From Kiritimatiellia bacterium (GTDB taxonomy: Bacteria; Verrucomicrobiota; Kiritimatiellia; JAAZAB01), in NCBI GenBank assembly GCA_028715905.1, contig JAQUQV010000004.1:16664-80663 (forward strand): a stretch of 64,000 bases of DNA, read 5' to 3'. Position numbers and translations under genes: made by a program. Each line of letters opens with the position of its first letter. Position 1 is the first letter of the stretch. Shown here one piece after another: positions 55,601 through 63,833 of this stretch. The notes beneath the pieces are model-generated. The model was not told the DNA's origin. It worked only from the letters and a program-made list of their open reading frames with translations, and searched no databases.

Positions 55601-56844
55601 TTTCGCAAGGTATCTATTACTACTACTGGGTCAGAGCAAAAAATGCCAATGGATATGGCAGTTACAGCGCATCGGACTCCGGCTGGCGCCGGTTGATTAC
55701 GCCGGCCGGCGTGAACGCCAGCGACGGCCTGTATTCCTACCGGATACGGGTTGCGTGGAACGCGGTTGAGAATGCGGCCTGGTATGAAATCTGGCGAAAG
55801 GAAATTCCCGGGGGGAATTACAACGGCGGAAACCTGACTAAGGTTGCGCAAGTTAGCGCGACATATTTCAACGACTATTACACAAAATCAGGCGTATATT
55901 ACCAGTATAAAGTAAAAGCCGGCAATGGGCTTGGCTCAAGCCTTGATTATGGGCATGATACCGGCTACCGGCAGGTGAACGCCACGCCGAAATCGTTGTT
56001 CGCCGCAAGGGATTATGACGGGGATAAATTGACCGACCTGGCGTTGTTCAATCCGGCATCGGGAGTTTTTGACGTATTATGCTCCGGTCTTGGCCGGCAG
56101 ACATTTAGTATTACGGCGCAAGATGGTCAGGCAATAAGCGGCGATCTGGATGGCGACCGGTTGACAGATCCGCTCATTTATTGTCCGGGCTCTGGCATCT
56201 GGTTGGCAAGACTATCAAGGTTGGGCTATAATCCAATCATCCAGGCGAGCTTTGGCGGGAACGGAGAGGATGCTGTTTCGGCTGATTTTGACGGGGACGA
56301 ATTGGCCGACCTGGTAATCTACAATGAAACGGAAGGCGTTTTATCCGCCATACTTTCCAACTACGGCGCTTTTGACATAAGAGCGTCGTGTTTGATGGGC
56401 GGTCCCGGTTACAGCTTTGTTTCAGCCGACTTTGACGGGGACGGCAAAGCTGATCCGACGGTTTATTCGGAATCAGAAGGCCGGGCTAAGGTCATTTTCT
56501 CCGGTAATAAATATTCTTCTGAAAGCATGCTGTTTGGCGGGCCGGGGCAAACCATGTTTGCGGCTGATTTTGACGGGGACCTCAAGGCTGATCCGGTTTT
56601 GTATGAACAGGCAACGGGAATATGGATGGTCTTCCTCTCAAAAATCGGATACAGGGAAGCCGGGATTTCATTCGGCGGACCAGGGCATGTGCCGGCCATC
56701 GGCGACTATGACGGCGACAGCAAGGCCGATCCGGCGATTTATCAGCCAGGGGCTGGCCTATGGCGGATTATGCTTTCCGACAGCGGTTATTCTATCATTA
56801 CGGAAGCTTTTGGCAGTTCAGAATATCAGCCAATAGCGAGATAA
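52672..56844 (+). CDS. Giant secreted surface protein. Domain order: BspA-type leucine-rich repeats, 2 Ig-like domains, about 5 FN3 domains, then FG-GAP/VCBS repeats.
   Basis: Signal/TM segment WWIPALFFLVAITVQA. About 25 LRR units (TIP.SVT.IG..AF..C.SLT.VTIG). Ig-like ITTQPQSL...YQWQ...DAGDYRC. FN3-like units with YRVWRG...YYYWIQAVN. C-terminal repeats with DFDGDG.ADP. Confidence 0.7.
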   Translation: MTPNSSQRKTMKTSSVARMKSGLGFLLLRTRTRAWWIPALFFLVAITVQAGDYTYTDNGDGTITITSYSGSGGAVVIPSTIEGKTVTGIGGAFFDCTSLTSVTIPDSVTNIGVDAFYGCASLTNVTIGNSVTSIGMDAFCYCTSLTSITIPDSVTTIGDYVFYGCASLTNVTIGNSVTSIGKKAFYYCTSLTSITIPDSVTSIGNDAFSHCYDLTTLTIGNGVTNIGDSAFAFNTVLTIVTIPDSVTTIGNYAFQDSGLTNVIIGNGVASIGEYAFYCCYSLSSMTIPDNVTIIGRCAFLLCDDLTSVTIGNSVTNIGYGAFASCRSLTTITVEEENSAYSSVDGVLFNKSKTTLVQYPAGKAGSYVIPDSVTNIGDVAFCDCSGLTGVTIPDSVIGIGEGVFEDCYSLTSVTIGSNVTSIGMDAFSGCGLINVTIPDSVTGIGDYAFYYCKKLTNVAIGNGVSNIGNRAFGDCTNLTAITVDTGNATYSSTDGVLFNKNQTTLIMCPGGKAGTYAIPDSVASIGTYAFDSCSSLTDIRIPNSVISIADRAFLGCASLASVMIPNGVTSITDWTFGYCTKLTQVVIGNGVTSIGYAAFRSCGASLRSVYFQGNAPSLGSSVFSGDNNATVYYLAGTTGWSTTFGSRPTALWIAPAAITTQPQSLTNNLGSSAIFTVTASGPEPLYYQWQNNAVNIVSATNAVCTINPVAGDDAGDYRCLVSNLVGVTTSATATLILAAPPVFMTNPQSLIRNVGETASFIVSATGTEPFRYQWQKNGANIGSATNATYTINPATMDDAGNYRCLVANMAGAATSAVAVLTMTAAPAPSGVTAGDGTYSDKVLIYWTAVSAATSYRVWRGTNNNVQNASVIGTATTSFYLDTTVTAGTIYYYWIQAVNSAGTSDLSASDSGYCGSIADPAIPAGVSASDGIYADYIKVAWQAVSGATKYEVWRSTENDFSLAALIRETTGTSYNDASVSQGIYYYYWVRAKNANGYGSYSASDSGWRRLITPAGVNASDGLYSYRIRVAWNAVENAAWYEIWRKEIPGGNYNGGNLTKVAQVSATYFNDYYTKSGVYYQYKVKAGNGLGSSLDYGHDTGYRQVNATPKSLFAARDYDGDKLTDLALFNPASGVFDVLCSGLGRQTFSITAQDGQAISGDLDGDRLTDPLIYCPGSGIWLARLSRLGYNPIIQASFGGNGEDAVSADFDGDELADLVIYNETEGVLSAILSNYGAFDIRASCLMGGPGYSFVSADFDGDGKADPTVYSESEGRAKVIFSGNKYSSESMLFGGPGQTMFAADFDGDLKADPVLYEQATGIWMVFLSKIGYREAGISFGGPGHVPAIGDYDGDSKADPAIYQPGAGLWRIMLSDSGYSIITEAFGSSEYQPIAR

Positions 56845-56888
56845 ACTTTATAAAAAATGGGCCTTGATGTAGGCGGCGGCGGAGTCCA
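55447..56888 (+). repeat. Copy 1 of a 1442-bp near-identical direct duplication (with 61850..63291). It carries the 3' FN3 + FG-GAP cassette plus 44 bp past the stop codon.
   Basis: Constant offset of 6403 bp. Identical sub-ORFs in the track at 55546/61949, 56417/62820 and 56463/62866. Only about 3 mismatches, e.g. ETTG/EITG and TEAFG/TETFG. Confidence 0.85.
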
Positions 56889-56893
56889 TTTTA

Positions 56894-58411
56894 TCAATTC
56901 CCTATCACCTTATATACTTTGGTATCCACTATTGTTGTTCCTGTCTCTTCTTGTGGATATAATGGCGTAAAAACCATAATTGAATTTACACTTGGGACGA
57001 CAATGCTTGCTTTTAGAATAATTTTGCCTTTTCCTTTTGTTATCGGCTTGGTCGTATGAGCAAGAGAAGTTATAGAGTCGCCTCTTTGTATGGCGAGCAT
57101 AATATACCCATTCTCTGCTTTGAGCGCATATTCAACTGTTACCTCAATGTCATAATTCCGGCCCACTGAGAGCGGATGGTCGGTGTTTGGAGAAACAGAC
57201 ACGATCCTTACCGTGTTCCCGCTATATGGCAAGTTCTTGTTGAATATACTGGGGTATGCTTCCGTGGCCAATGGCAAGGATTGCTGTGCCGTGGCTTGGG
57301 GCAATGATTGTTGCAATCCGGCTCCATGCTTGATTCCGAATCCGAATATCATATTTGCCAGAAACAAAAGCGCGGCAATGCCAAAGCCCACTCCAACAGA
57401 CAAAAACATCCATTTCCAAACTTTCGTTACACCTTTTTGGGACAGCGTTCCATGTGGACCCAAAAGGTTCTTGTCCGTGGATAGGCGTTCCAGGTCGCCC
57501 AGAACGTCCGCCATCTCCGCGTAGCGATCGCGCAACTCGCGCGCCATGCAGTTTTCGGCGATCCGCACGAGGTCGGCAGGCGCATCCGGGTTGACCTCGC
57601 GGATCGGCAGTGGCGGGCCAGCGAGAATCTTGTTGATTATGTCCGTCGGGTCGGGGCCATCGTATGGCCTTCGTCCCGTCAGCATTTCGTAGAGGACTGC
57701 GCCGAAAGCGTAAATATCGCCGCGCGTGTCATCTGCTTTGCCTTCGGCGGCACTGGGCGACAGGTACGGAATTGTGCCTTCAACCGATTTTTTATTCACA
57801 TCAATCATTGAGTCGTTGAACACCGTCCGCAATAGCCCAAAGTCAGTAAGATAAGCGTGCCCGGCGGCATTAAGCAGGATGTTTGCCGGTTTGAGATCGC
57901 GGTGGATGATACCACGGCTGTGCGCATATTTCAGCGCATCGGCGATCTGGCGGACGATATGCACGATCTCTTCCTTGGGCAATGGTTGTCCCGTCTCGAT
58001 CCGTTCGGCGAGACTGCCGCCTTCAAGGTAGGGCATGACATAGTAGGGGCCGGCTTTGCGGTCTGAGACCTCAAGCACTTTAAGAATGTTGGGGTGGGAC
58101 ATGCGGTACATGTGCTGTGCTTCGGTCAGGAAACGGCGAACCGCCCACTGCTCCTTGGCGAACTTGGGATTGATTATCTTGATGGCAACACTGGCATCAG
58201 TGATGGGCTCACGGGCAAGCATGACCTGACCCATGCCGCCTTGGCCGAGGAACTTGATTATCTCAAACCGGTCAATAGCGCCGATTGGCCCTGGCTTCAT
58301 CGGGGCATTTATCATGCCTGTCTGCAACATGTTCTGCATGATTTCAATGTTTTCCGAGGACATAGGAAGCAGTGCTGAATCCTGGTTAGGTTTTGTTGCG
58401 TTGTTATTCAT
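56894..58411 (-). CDS. Hanks-type Ser/Thr protein kinase with a C-terminal TM segment and an extracytoplasmic domain.
   Basis: Motifs GQGGMGQVMLA, VAIKII, HRDLKPANILL, DFGL and a GTIPYLSP-type activation loop. Start at ATG 58411. Confidence 0.8.
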   Translation of the reverse strand: MNNNATKPNQDSALLPMSSENIEIMQNMLQTGMINAPMKPGPIGAIDRFEIIKFLGQGGMGQVMLAREPITDASVAIKIINPKFAKEQWAVRRFLTEAQHMYRMSHPNILKVLEVSDRKAGPYYVMPYLEGGSLAERIETGQPLPKEEIVHIVRQIADALKYAHSRGIIHRDLKPANILLNAAGHAYLTDFGLLRTVFNDSMIDVNKKSVEGTIPYLSPSAAEGKADDTRGDIYAFGAVLYEMLTGRRPYDGPDPTDIINKILAGPPLPIREVNPDAPADLVRIAENCMARELRDRYAEMADVLGDLERLSTDKNLLGPHGTLSQKGVTKVWKWMFLSVGVGFGIAALLFLANMIFGFGIKHGAGLQQSLPQATAQQSLPLATEAYPSIFNKNLPYSGNTVRIVSVSPNTDHPLSVGRNYDIEVTVEYALKAENGYIMLAIQRGDSITSLAHTTKPITKGKGKIILKASIVVPSVNSIMVFTPLYPQEETGTTIVDTKVYKVIGN

Positions 58412-58415
58412 TTCG

Positions 58416-58919
58416 TCATTCCAGTGTATTGAGACAGGATTGGAGAAGGGCGCGGGTATCGGAGTCAATCCATGGCCGGAGTATTGCCCACTCCATGCCG
58501 CGTCGCAACGAAGTATCGTCCAACGTGGTAATGCGGCGACTGCACCGTAATATAGCCGCGGCAATGGCGGAGTAGTATAAAATTTTTGCGATCTCTGGAG
58601 GCAACGGGCCATTAGGACTGAGCGCCGTGCGCTTGGCGAAGTCTTTGACCATTACCAGAAGCTTGACTGGTGGATGGGGATGTCGCAACAAGTCCCCGAA
58701 GCTCTTAAGTAGCAGACCCTGCGAAACCGCCAAGAGACGAATCTTTTCCCTGAGCCGTGAGTTCAATCCCGCGAGGTCAAACTGCACCGGTGCTGATAGT
58801 TGGTGGCGGAAAACAGCGGCAAGCTCCTCCGGGCGCCATAATTGCTTTTCCGGAGGACCCATCAATTCGGCCAGCTTCGGCGAATCAGAATGAAAAATTA
58901 TCTCGTTGTTAGCTTCCAT
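58416..58919 (-). CDS. Hypothetical protein encoded between the ECF sigma and the kinase (candidate anti-sigma/adaptor).
   Basis: The ORF is 5 nt from the kinase start (operon coupling). No recognisable motif. Confidence 0.3.
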   Translation of the reverse strand: MEANNEIIFHSDSPKLAELMGPPEKQLWRPEELAAVFRHQLSAPVQFDLAGLNSRLREKIRLLAVSQGLLLKSFGDLLRHPHPPVKLLVMVKDFAKRTALSPNGPLPPEIAKILYYSAIAAAILRCSRRITTLDDTSLRRGMEWAILRPWIDSDTRALLQSCLNTLE

Positions 58920-58953
58920 GTTAAGTACTACGCGCCCAACCTCAAATTTTTGC

Positions 58954-59634
58954 CTAGCCCTGCGAAAGAATCTTGTGAAGGTCCAATATCTCCTCCGCCA
59001 CCTCGTCATTGTTACCTACGGTTTCACGCACCACGTCCTCAATCGTGCGCCGGAACATGCGCTTGGCGGTCAGGAGCAGATTGGCGGCCTGGGATGGCGA
59101 CCGCAGCCGGAACTTGGCCACGAGCGCCTCGTAGGATACAACATCCGCATCGTTGATGGCTGGATTCAGAACACGGATTTCAAACAGCTTCCAGACTTCA
59201 GGACGATTTTTCTCCTTGCATTCGCGGCGCATGCGATTGAGCGCCTCGCTGATCACCTGACGGGCCCAGATCAGGTCAAAATCGTGCCGCAAGCTGCCTG
59301 CCGCCGGAATTTTCGCGGCATGTTCTTCAATGCTGACGATTTGCGCAGGGGCCGGTCCCCGCTTTGCCGCCCGCTCCTTTCTAAGCTCGTCGTTCACGTA
59401 GTTTGTGAAGGACTTTAGCAGGAAAGACCTGAGTTTTCCTTTTGAGCGGTCCGCCAGTCGCAACAGCTTCTGCTCGATGACTTTGTCGGCCACGAAACCG
59501 TGAACCATATCTTCTGCACGGTCGTGTGAAAAGCGCATGCTGGTGGCAGAAAACCGTTTTAGGGCGGGCAGGTAGAGACCAAGAAGCTCGTCCAGAGCGC
59601 TGAGTTGAACGGCGGTAAACGTTGAGCTTGTCAT
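58954..59634 (-). CDS. ECF-type sigma-70 family RNA polymerase sigma factor (kinase-associated type).
   Basis: Region-2-like DRAEDMVHGFV...KSFTNYVND and a region-4-like C-terminus. Length 226 aa. Confidence 0.55.
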   Translation of the reverse strand: MTSSTFTAVQLSALDELLGLYLPALKRFSATSMRFSHDRAEDMVHGFVADKVIEQKLLRLADRSKGKLRSFLLKSFTNYVNDELRKERAAKRGPAPAQIVSIEEHAAKIPAAGSLRHDFDLIWARQVISEALNRMRRECKEKNRPEVWKLFEIRVLNPAINDADVVSYEALVAKFRLRSPSQAANLLLTAKRMFRRTIEDVVRETVGNNDEVAEEILDLHKILSQG

Positions 59635-59650
59635 CTATGCGCGAAATGTT

Positions 59651-62600
59651 TTGCCCGTATTGGCCTATGAACTCAAGCTCTTCTGCGACGATGCGGTGCC
59701 GGGCCGCTGGCGGTACTGGGTAAACGCAAACGACGGCAGTATAGTTAACCGGTATAACGACGTCCAAAAGGAGTCATCCGCCGACATATCAGGATCGCTC
59801 AACACGGGCGAAGGAGGCGCGCCGGTCAATATCACTGGAGTTAACAGCAGCGGATATTATTGGTTGCGTTATCCTGCCTGGCATTGGGAAATATATGATT
59901 ATCCCAATAGTCGCGTTGCGCGTAACGACACGGCAACTTGGGGGACGAGCACGTCGGCTCGGTCGGAAATATCGGCGGCCAACAATTTCAATCTTATTCA
60001 AACCTATTATTCCACCGTTCACAATCGTAACAGTTATGACAATTCAGGCGCGAAGGCGCTGGTCAATGTCCACTACCATCCTGATGACACCGCCTATGAT
60101 AACGGCTTTTGGGATTCGTACGCGCAGGCCTTTTTCTTTTTCCCGGGAAAAGATTTTGGGGAGTTAACGGTTCTTGACGTGTGCGCGCACGAATTCACAC
60201 ATGCCGTCACGGCGTATTCGGCAAACCTGACTTATCAAAATGAATCCGGCGCGTTGAACGAATCGTTTTCGGATATTTTCGGCACGGTCATAGAATTTGC
60301 CTGCCAGCCTGATGGGCGTGGCAGTTATCCCGACCGCACCGCAGGATGCGCCGACTGGCTGTGCGGAGAGGACAGCACGTACCCGGTTATGACGGCTGGG
60401 CGCGATCTGCGCGATCCCCAGCGTTGTGGACAACCGAGTAAATATCATGGCACCTACTGGTATGATGGCACTGAGGACAATGGCGGCGTTCATGTTAACG
60501 ACGGCGTCCAGAATCATTTTTTTTATCTTCTTTGCGAGGGTGGCAGTGGTGTTAACGATGGAATCAGCTATAACATCAACGGGATAGGCGTTTCCAATGC
60601 CGCGCAGGTGGCTTACCGCACATTGACAGTTTATTGCGGACAAGATACGGATCATGCGGCGGCCCGTGCCGCATGGTGTTCCGCTGCCAACGATTTAAAT
60701 TCGGCTTGGGCTTCAAGCGTATCGCAGGCTTGGGACGCGGTGGGCGTAGGCACAAATATCCCCAGCACAAACTCTTATCCGGAAATTACCAGCCCTGCGC
60801 TCGGCCAGGCGGTCAACGCTTCGCAGCTAACCTGGAAAACTTGGGGCACTACCGGAAGTTATTGGTTTACCCAGACCGCAACCACCCATGACGGCACAAA
60901 TGCCGCCCAGAGCGGGCCAATCGGCAATGGAGAACAATCGTACATAAAGACCACGGTTACCGGGCCGGGAACACTTTCGTTTTATTGGAAGACTTCATAC
61001 GATCATAGTGATACAAACAGTTATTTGCTTTTTACTCTTGATGGTATTCCAACGGATGGTTTCGCCGGCGATAGCCCTTGGTTATCCAAAAATTATGCGA
61101 TTTCCAATGGCACACACGCTTGCCAGTGGACTTATTACCAAAACACTTCGGCCGCCAGCAATGCCTGTTGGCTGGATCAGGTTGTCTGGACTCCTGAAAC
61201 CATCAATCATGCGCCGGCCACGCCAGCCCTGACAAGTCCGGCAAATGGAGCCAATGCAGTATCTATTACGCCCACATTGCAGGCGTCGGCCTTTTCCGAT
61301 CAGGACGGCGACTCCCATGCCAACAGTCAATGGCAGGTTGACAATGCCAGTAGTTTTGCAAGTCCTGAATGGGACAGCGGCGAAAGCTATACGGCTGGAA
61401 CACAGGCAACCGTCCCGGACAATAAGCTTGCCCATGATATCATTTATTATTGGCGTGGGCGGTATAAAGACAGTCAAGGCACATGGAGCGAATGGTCATT
61501 GGCCTACTCATTCACCACGATACAAGAAACCATCAATCCGCCAAGCGCGCCTTCCGGGGTTACGGCCGATAACGGCGGTCAATCCGATAAGATACTGATT
61601 TACTGGGATTCCGTGTCTACGGCAACCGGTTATAAAATATGGCGCGGGATTGACGACAATGCACAGAACGCCTCCGTACTCGGCACCTCCACCGTATCAT
61701 TTTATCTGGATACCTCAGCCGTTCCAGGCGTCATCTATTATTACTGGGTTCAGGCAACCAACTCAGCCGGGGAAAGTAGTTTAAGTTATCCTGGTTCCGG
61801 GCACTGTGGTTCTATTGATCCTATTTTGACCATTCCCACAGGCGTCAATGCAAGCGACGGAATATACGCCGACTATATCAAAGTTGCCTGGCAGGCGGTC
61901 AGCGGGGCGACCAAGTATGAAGTATGGCGCTCAACGGAGAACGATTTCTCATTGGCGGCTTTGATCAGGGAAATAACCGGGACCAGTTATAATGATGCTT
62001 CTGTTTCGCAAGGTATCTATTACTACTACTGGGTCAGAGCAAAAAATGCCAATGGATATGGCAGTTACAGCGCATCGGACTCCGGCTGGCGCCGGTTGAT
62101 TACGCCGGCCGGCGTGAACGCCAGCGACGGCCTGTATTCCTACCGGATACGGGTTGCGTGGAACGCGGTTGAGAATGCGGCCTGGTATGAAATCTGGCGA
62201 AAGGAAATTCCCGGGGGGAATTACAACGGCGGAAACCTGACTAAGGTTGCGCAAGTTAGCGCGACATATTTCAACGACTATTACACAAAATCAGGCGTAT
62301 ATTACCAGTATAAAGTAAAAGCCGGCAATGGGCTTGGCTCAAGCCTTGATTATGGGCATGATACCGGCTACCGGCAGGTGAACGCCACGCCGAAATCGTT
62401 GTTCGCCGCAAGGGATTATGACGGGGATAAATTGACCGACCTGGCGTTGTTCAATCCGGCATCGGGAGTTTTTGACGTATTATGCTCCGGTCTTGGCCGG
62501 CAGACATTTAGTATTACGGCGCAAGATGGTCAGGCAATAAGCGGCGATCTGGATGGCGACCGGTTGACAGATCCGCTCATTTATTGTCCGGGCTCTGGCA

Positions 62601-63247
62601 TCTGGTTGGCAAGACTATCAAGGTTGGGCTATAATCCAATCATCCAGGCGAGCTTTGGCGGGAACGGAGAGGATGCTGTTTCGGCTGATTTTGACGGGGA
62701 CGAATTGGCCGACCTGGTAATCTACAATGAAACGGAAGGCGTTTTATCCGCCATACTTTCCAACTACGGCGCTTTTGACATAAGAGCGTCGTGTTTGATG
62801 GGCGGTCCCGGTTACAGCTTTGTTTCAGCCGACTTTGACGGGGACGGCAAAGCTGATCCGACGGTTTATTCGGAATCAGAAGGCCGGGCTAAGGTCATTT
62901 TCTCCGGTAATAAATATTCTTCTGAAAGCATGCTGTTTGGCGGGCCGGGGCAAACCATGTTTGCGGCTGATTTTGACGGGGACCTCAAGGCTGATCCGGT
63001 TTTGTATGAACAGGCAACGGGAATATGGATGGTCTTCCTCTCAAAAATCGGATACAGGGAAGCCGGGATTTCATTCGGCGGACCAGGGCATGTGCCGGCC
63101 ATCGGCGACTATGACGGCGACAGCAAGGCCGATCCGGCGATTTATCAGCCAGGGGCTGGCCTATGGCGGATTATGCTTTCCGACAGCGGTTATTCTATCA
63201 TTACGGAAACTTTTGGCAGTTCAGAATATCAGCCAATAGCGAGATAA
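59651..63247 (+). CDS. M4 (thermolysin-family) metallopeptidase domain, then FN3 domains and FG-GAP/VCBS repeats. It is 5'-truncated: no signal peptide or propeptide.
   Basis: VCAHEFTHAV (HExxH), NESFSDIFG (third zinc-ligand Glu) and GGVHVNDG are conserved thermolysin core motifs. The N-terminus begins inside the propeptide-end region (VLAYELKLF...W.YWVNANDGSIV). The frame is closed by TAA at 59615. Only a TTG start is available. Confidence 0.6.
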   Translation: MPVLAYELKLFCDDAVPGRWRYWVNANDGSIVNRYNDVQKESSADISGSLNTGEGGAPVNITGVNSSGYYWLRYPAWHWEIYDYPNSRVARNDTATWGTSTSARSEISAANNFNLIQTYYSTVHNRNSYDNSGAKALVNVHYHPDDTAYDNGFWDSYAQAFFFFPGKDFGELTVLDVCAHEFTHAVTAYSANLTYQNESGALNESFSDIFGTVIEFACQPDGRGSYPDRTAGCADWLCGEDSTYPVMTAGRDLRDPQRCGQPSKYHGTYWYDGTEDNGGVHVNDGVQNHFFYLLCEGGSGVNDGISYNINGIGVSNAAQVAYRTLTVYCGQDTDHAAARAAWCSAANDLNSAWASSVSQAWDAVGVGTNIPSTNSYPEITSPALGQAVNASQLTWKTWGTTGSYWFTQTATTHDGTNAAQSGPIGNGEQSYIKTTVTGPGTLSFYWKTSYDHSDTNSYLLFTLDGIPTDGFAGDSPWLSKNYAISNGTHACQWTYYQNTSAASNACWLDQVVWTPETINHAPATPALTSPANGANAVSITPTLQASAFSDQDGDSHANSQWQVDNASSFASPEWDSGESYTAGTQATVPDNKLAHDIIYYWRGRYKDSQGTWSEWSLAYSFTTIQETINPPSAPSGVTADNGGQSDKILIYWDSVSTATGYKIWRGIDDNAQNASVLGTSTVSFYLDTSAVPGVIYYYWVQATNSAGESSLSYPGSGHCGSIDPILTIPTGVNASDGIYADYIKVAWQAVSGATKYEVWRSTENDFSLAALIREITGTSYNDASVSQGIYYYYWVRAKNANGYGSYSASDSGWRRLITPAGVNASDGLYSYRIRVAWNAVENAAWYEIWRKEIPGGNYNGGNLTKVAQVSATYFNDYYTKSGVYYQYKVKAGNGLGSSLDYGHDTGYRQVNATPKSLFAARDYDGDKLTDLALFNPASGVFDVLCSGLGRQTFSITAQDGQAISGDLDGDRLTDPLIYCPGSGIWLARLSRLGYNPIIQASFGGNGEDAVSADFDGDELADLVIYNETEGVLSAILSNYGAFDIRASCLMGGPGYSFVSADFDGDGKADPTVYSESEGRAKVIFSGNKYSSESMLFGGPGQTMFAADFDGDLKADPVLYEQATGIWMVFLSKIGYREAGISFGGPGHVPAIGDYDGDSKADPAIYQPGAGLWRIMLSDSGYSIITETFGSSEYQPIAR

Positions 63248-63291
63248 ACTTTATAAAAAATGGGCCTTGATGTAGGCGGCGGCGGAGTCCA
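61850..63291 (+). repeat. Copy 2 of the 1442-bp duplication. It includes the last 14 codons of the convergent downstream gene.
   Basis: See 55447..56888. Confidence 0.85.
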
Positions 63292-63649
63292 GCGAGGGCA
63301 GGATTTTTGTGCAGTAGCGCACCATCCAGGGACTGCAGTTCCGGAAGTCAAACGGCGCAAACGCCACCACGAATTTCCGCAGGTTGTTGGAAGCGTAAAA
63401 GACCTCCATCGCGGTTCCGATGGACGGCTTGCTGTAATTGACCAGGAGGATATCCGCGTTGCGGATATCCTGCAGGTCAAACTCCACGATTTCGTTGGCG
63501 CTGTCCACCTCGCGGTCCTTGAAGTTGCGCCGCATGGGGTCCAGCAAAATGAATTTTTTGCCCAGCTTGCCGGCGGCGATTTTGCGCCATTCCCGAGCCA
63601 CGCCGGTTGATTCATCCATGATCGGACCGCAAAGATAAATTGTTTTCAT
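63251..63649 (-). CDS. Nucleoside 2-deoxyribosyltransferase-like protein.
   Basis: MKTIYLCGPIMD N-terminus and the glutamate-containing segment GTAMEVFYA are typical of the PF05014 family. Start at ATG 63649. Confidence 0.55.
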   Translation of the reverse strand: MKTIYLCGPIMDESTGVAREWRKIAAGKLGKKFILLDPMRRNFKDREVDSANEIVEFDLQDIRNADILLVNYSKPSIGTAMEVFYASNNLRKFVVAFAPFDFRNCSPWMVRYCTKILPSLDSAAAYIKAHFL

Positions 63650-63833
63650 AGAATAATTTTTGTCCTCTGCCAGCGAGGCAGACATCATTTACATCATTTA
63701 AATTTGCATCAAACTACAAAATCCGGGGCAAATTGCAATAAAATACCACCGGGGCGGCTGGAGGCGGGCGCATATGCGCCGCGCCCAACTTCAACAATAG
63801 CATATCACGTTTTCTCAATCATCAAGCGGCGGA

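Noticed and set aside
59381-59767. 128-aa minus ORF spanning the sigma gene start and M4 gene start.
   Set aside because: It overlaps two better-supported genes in other frames and has no motif.
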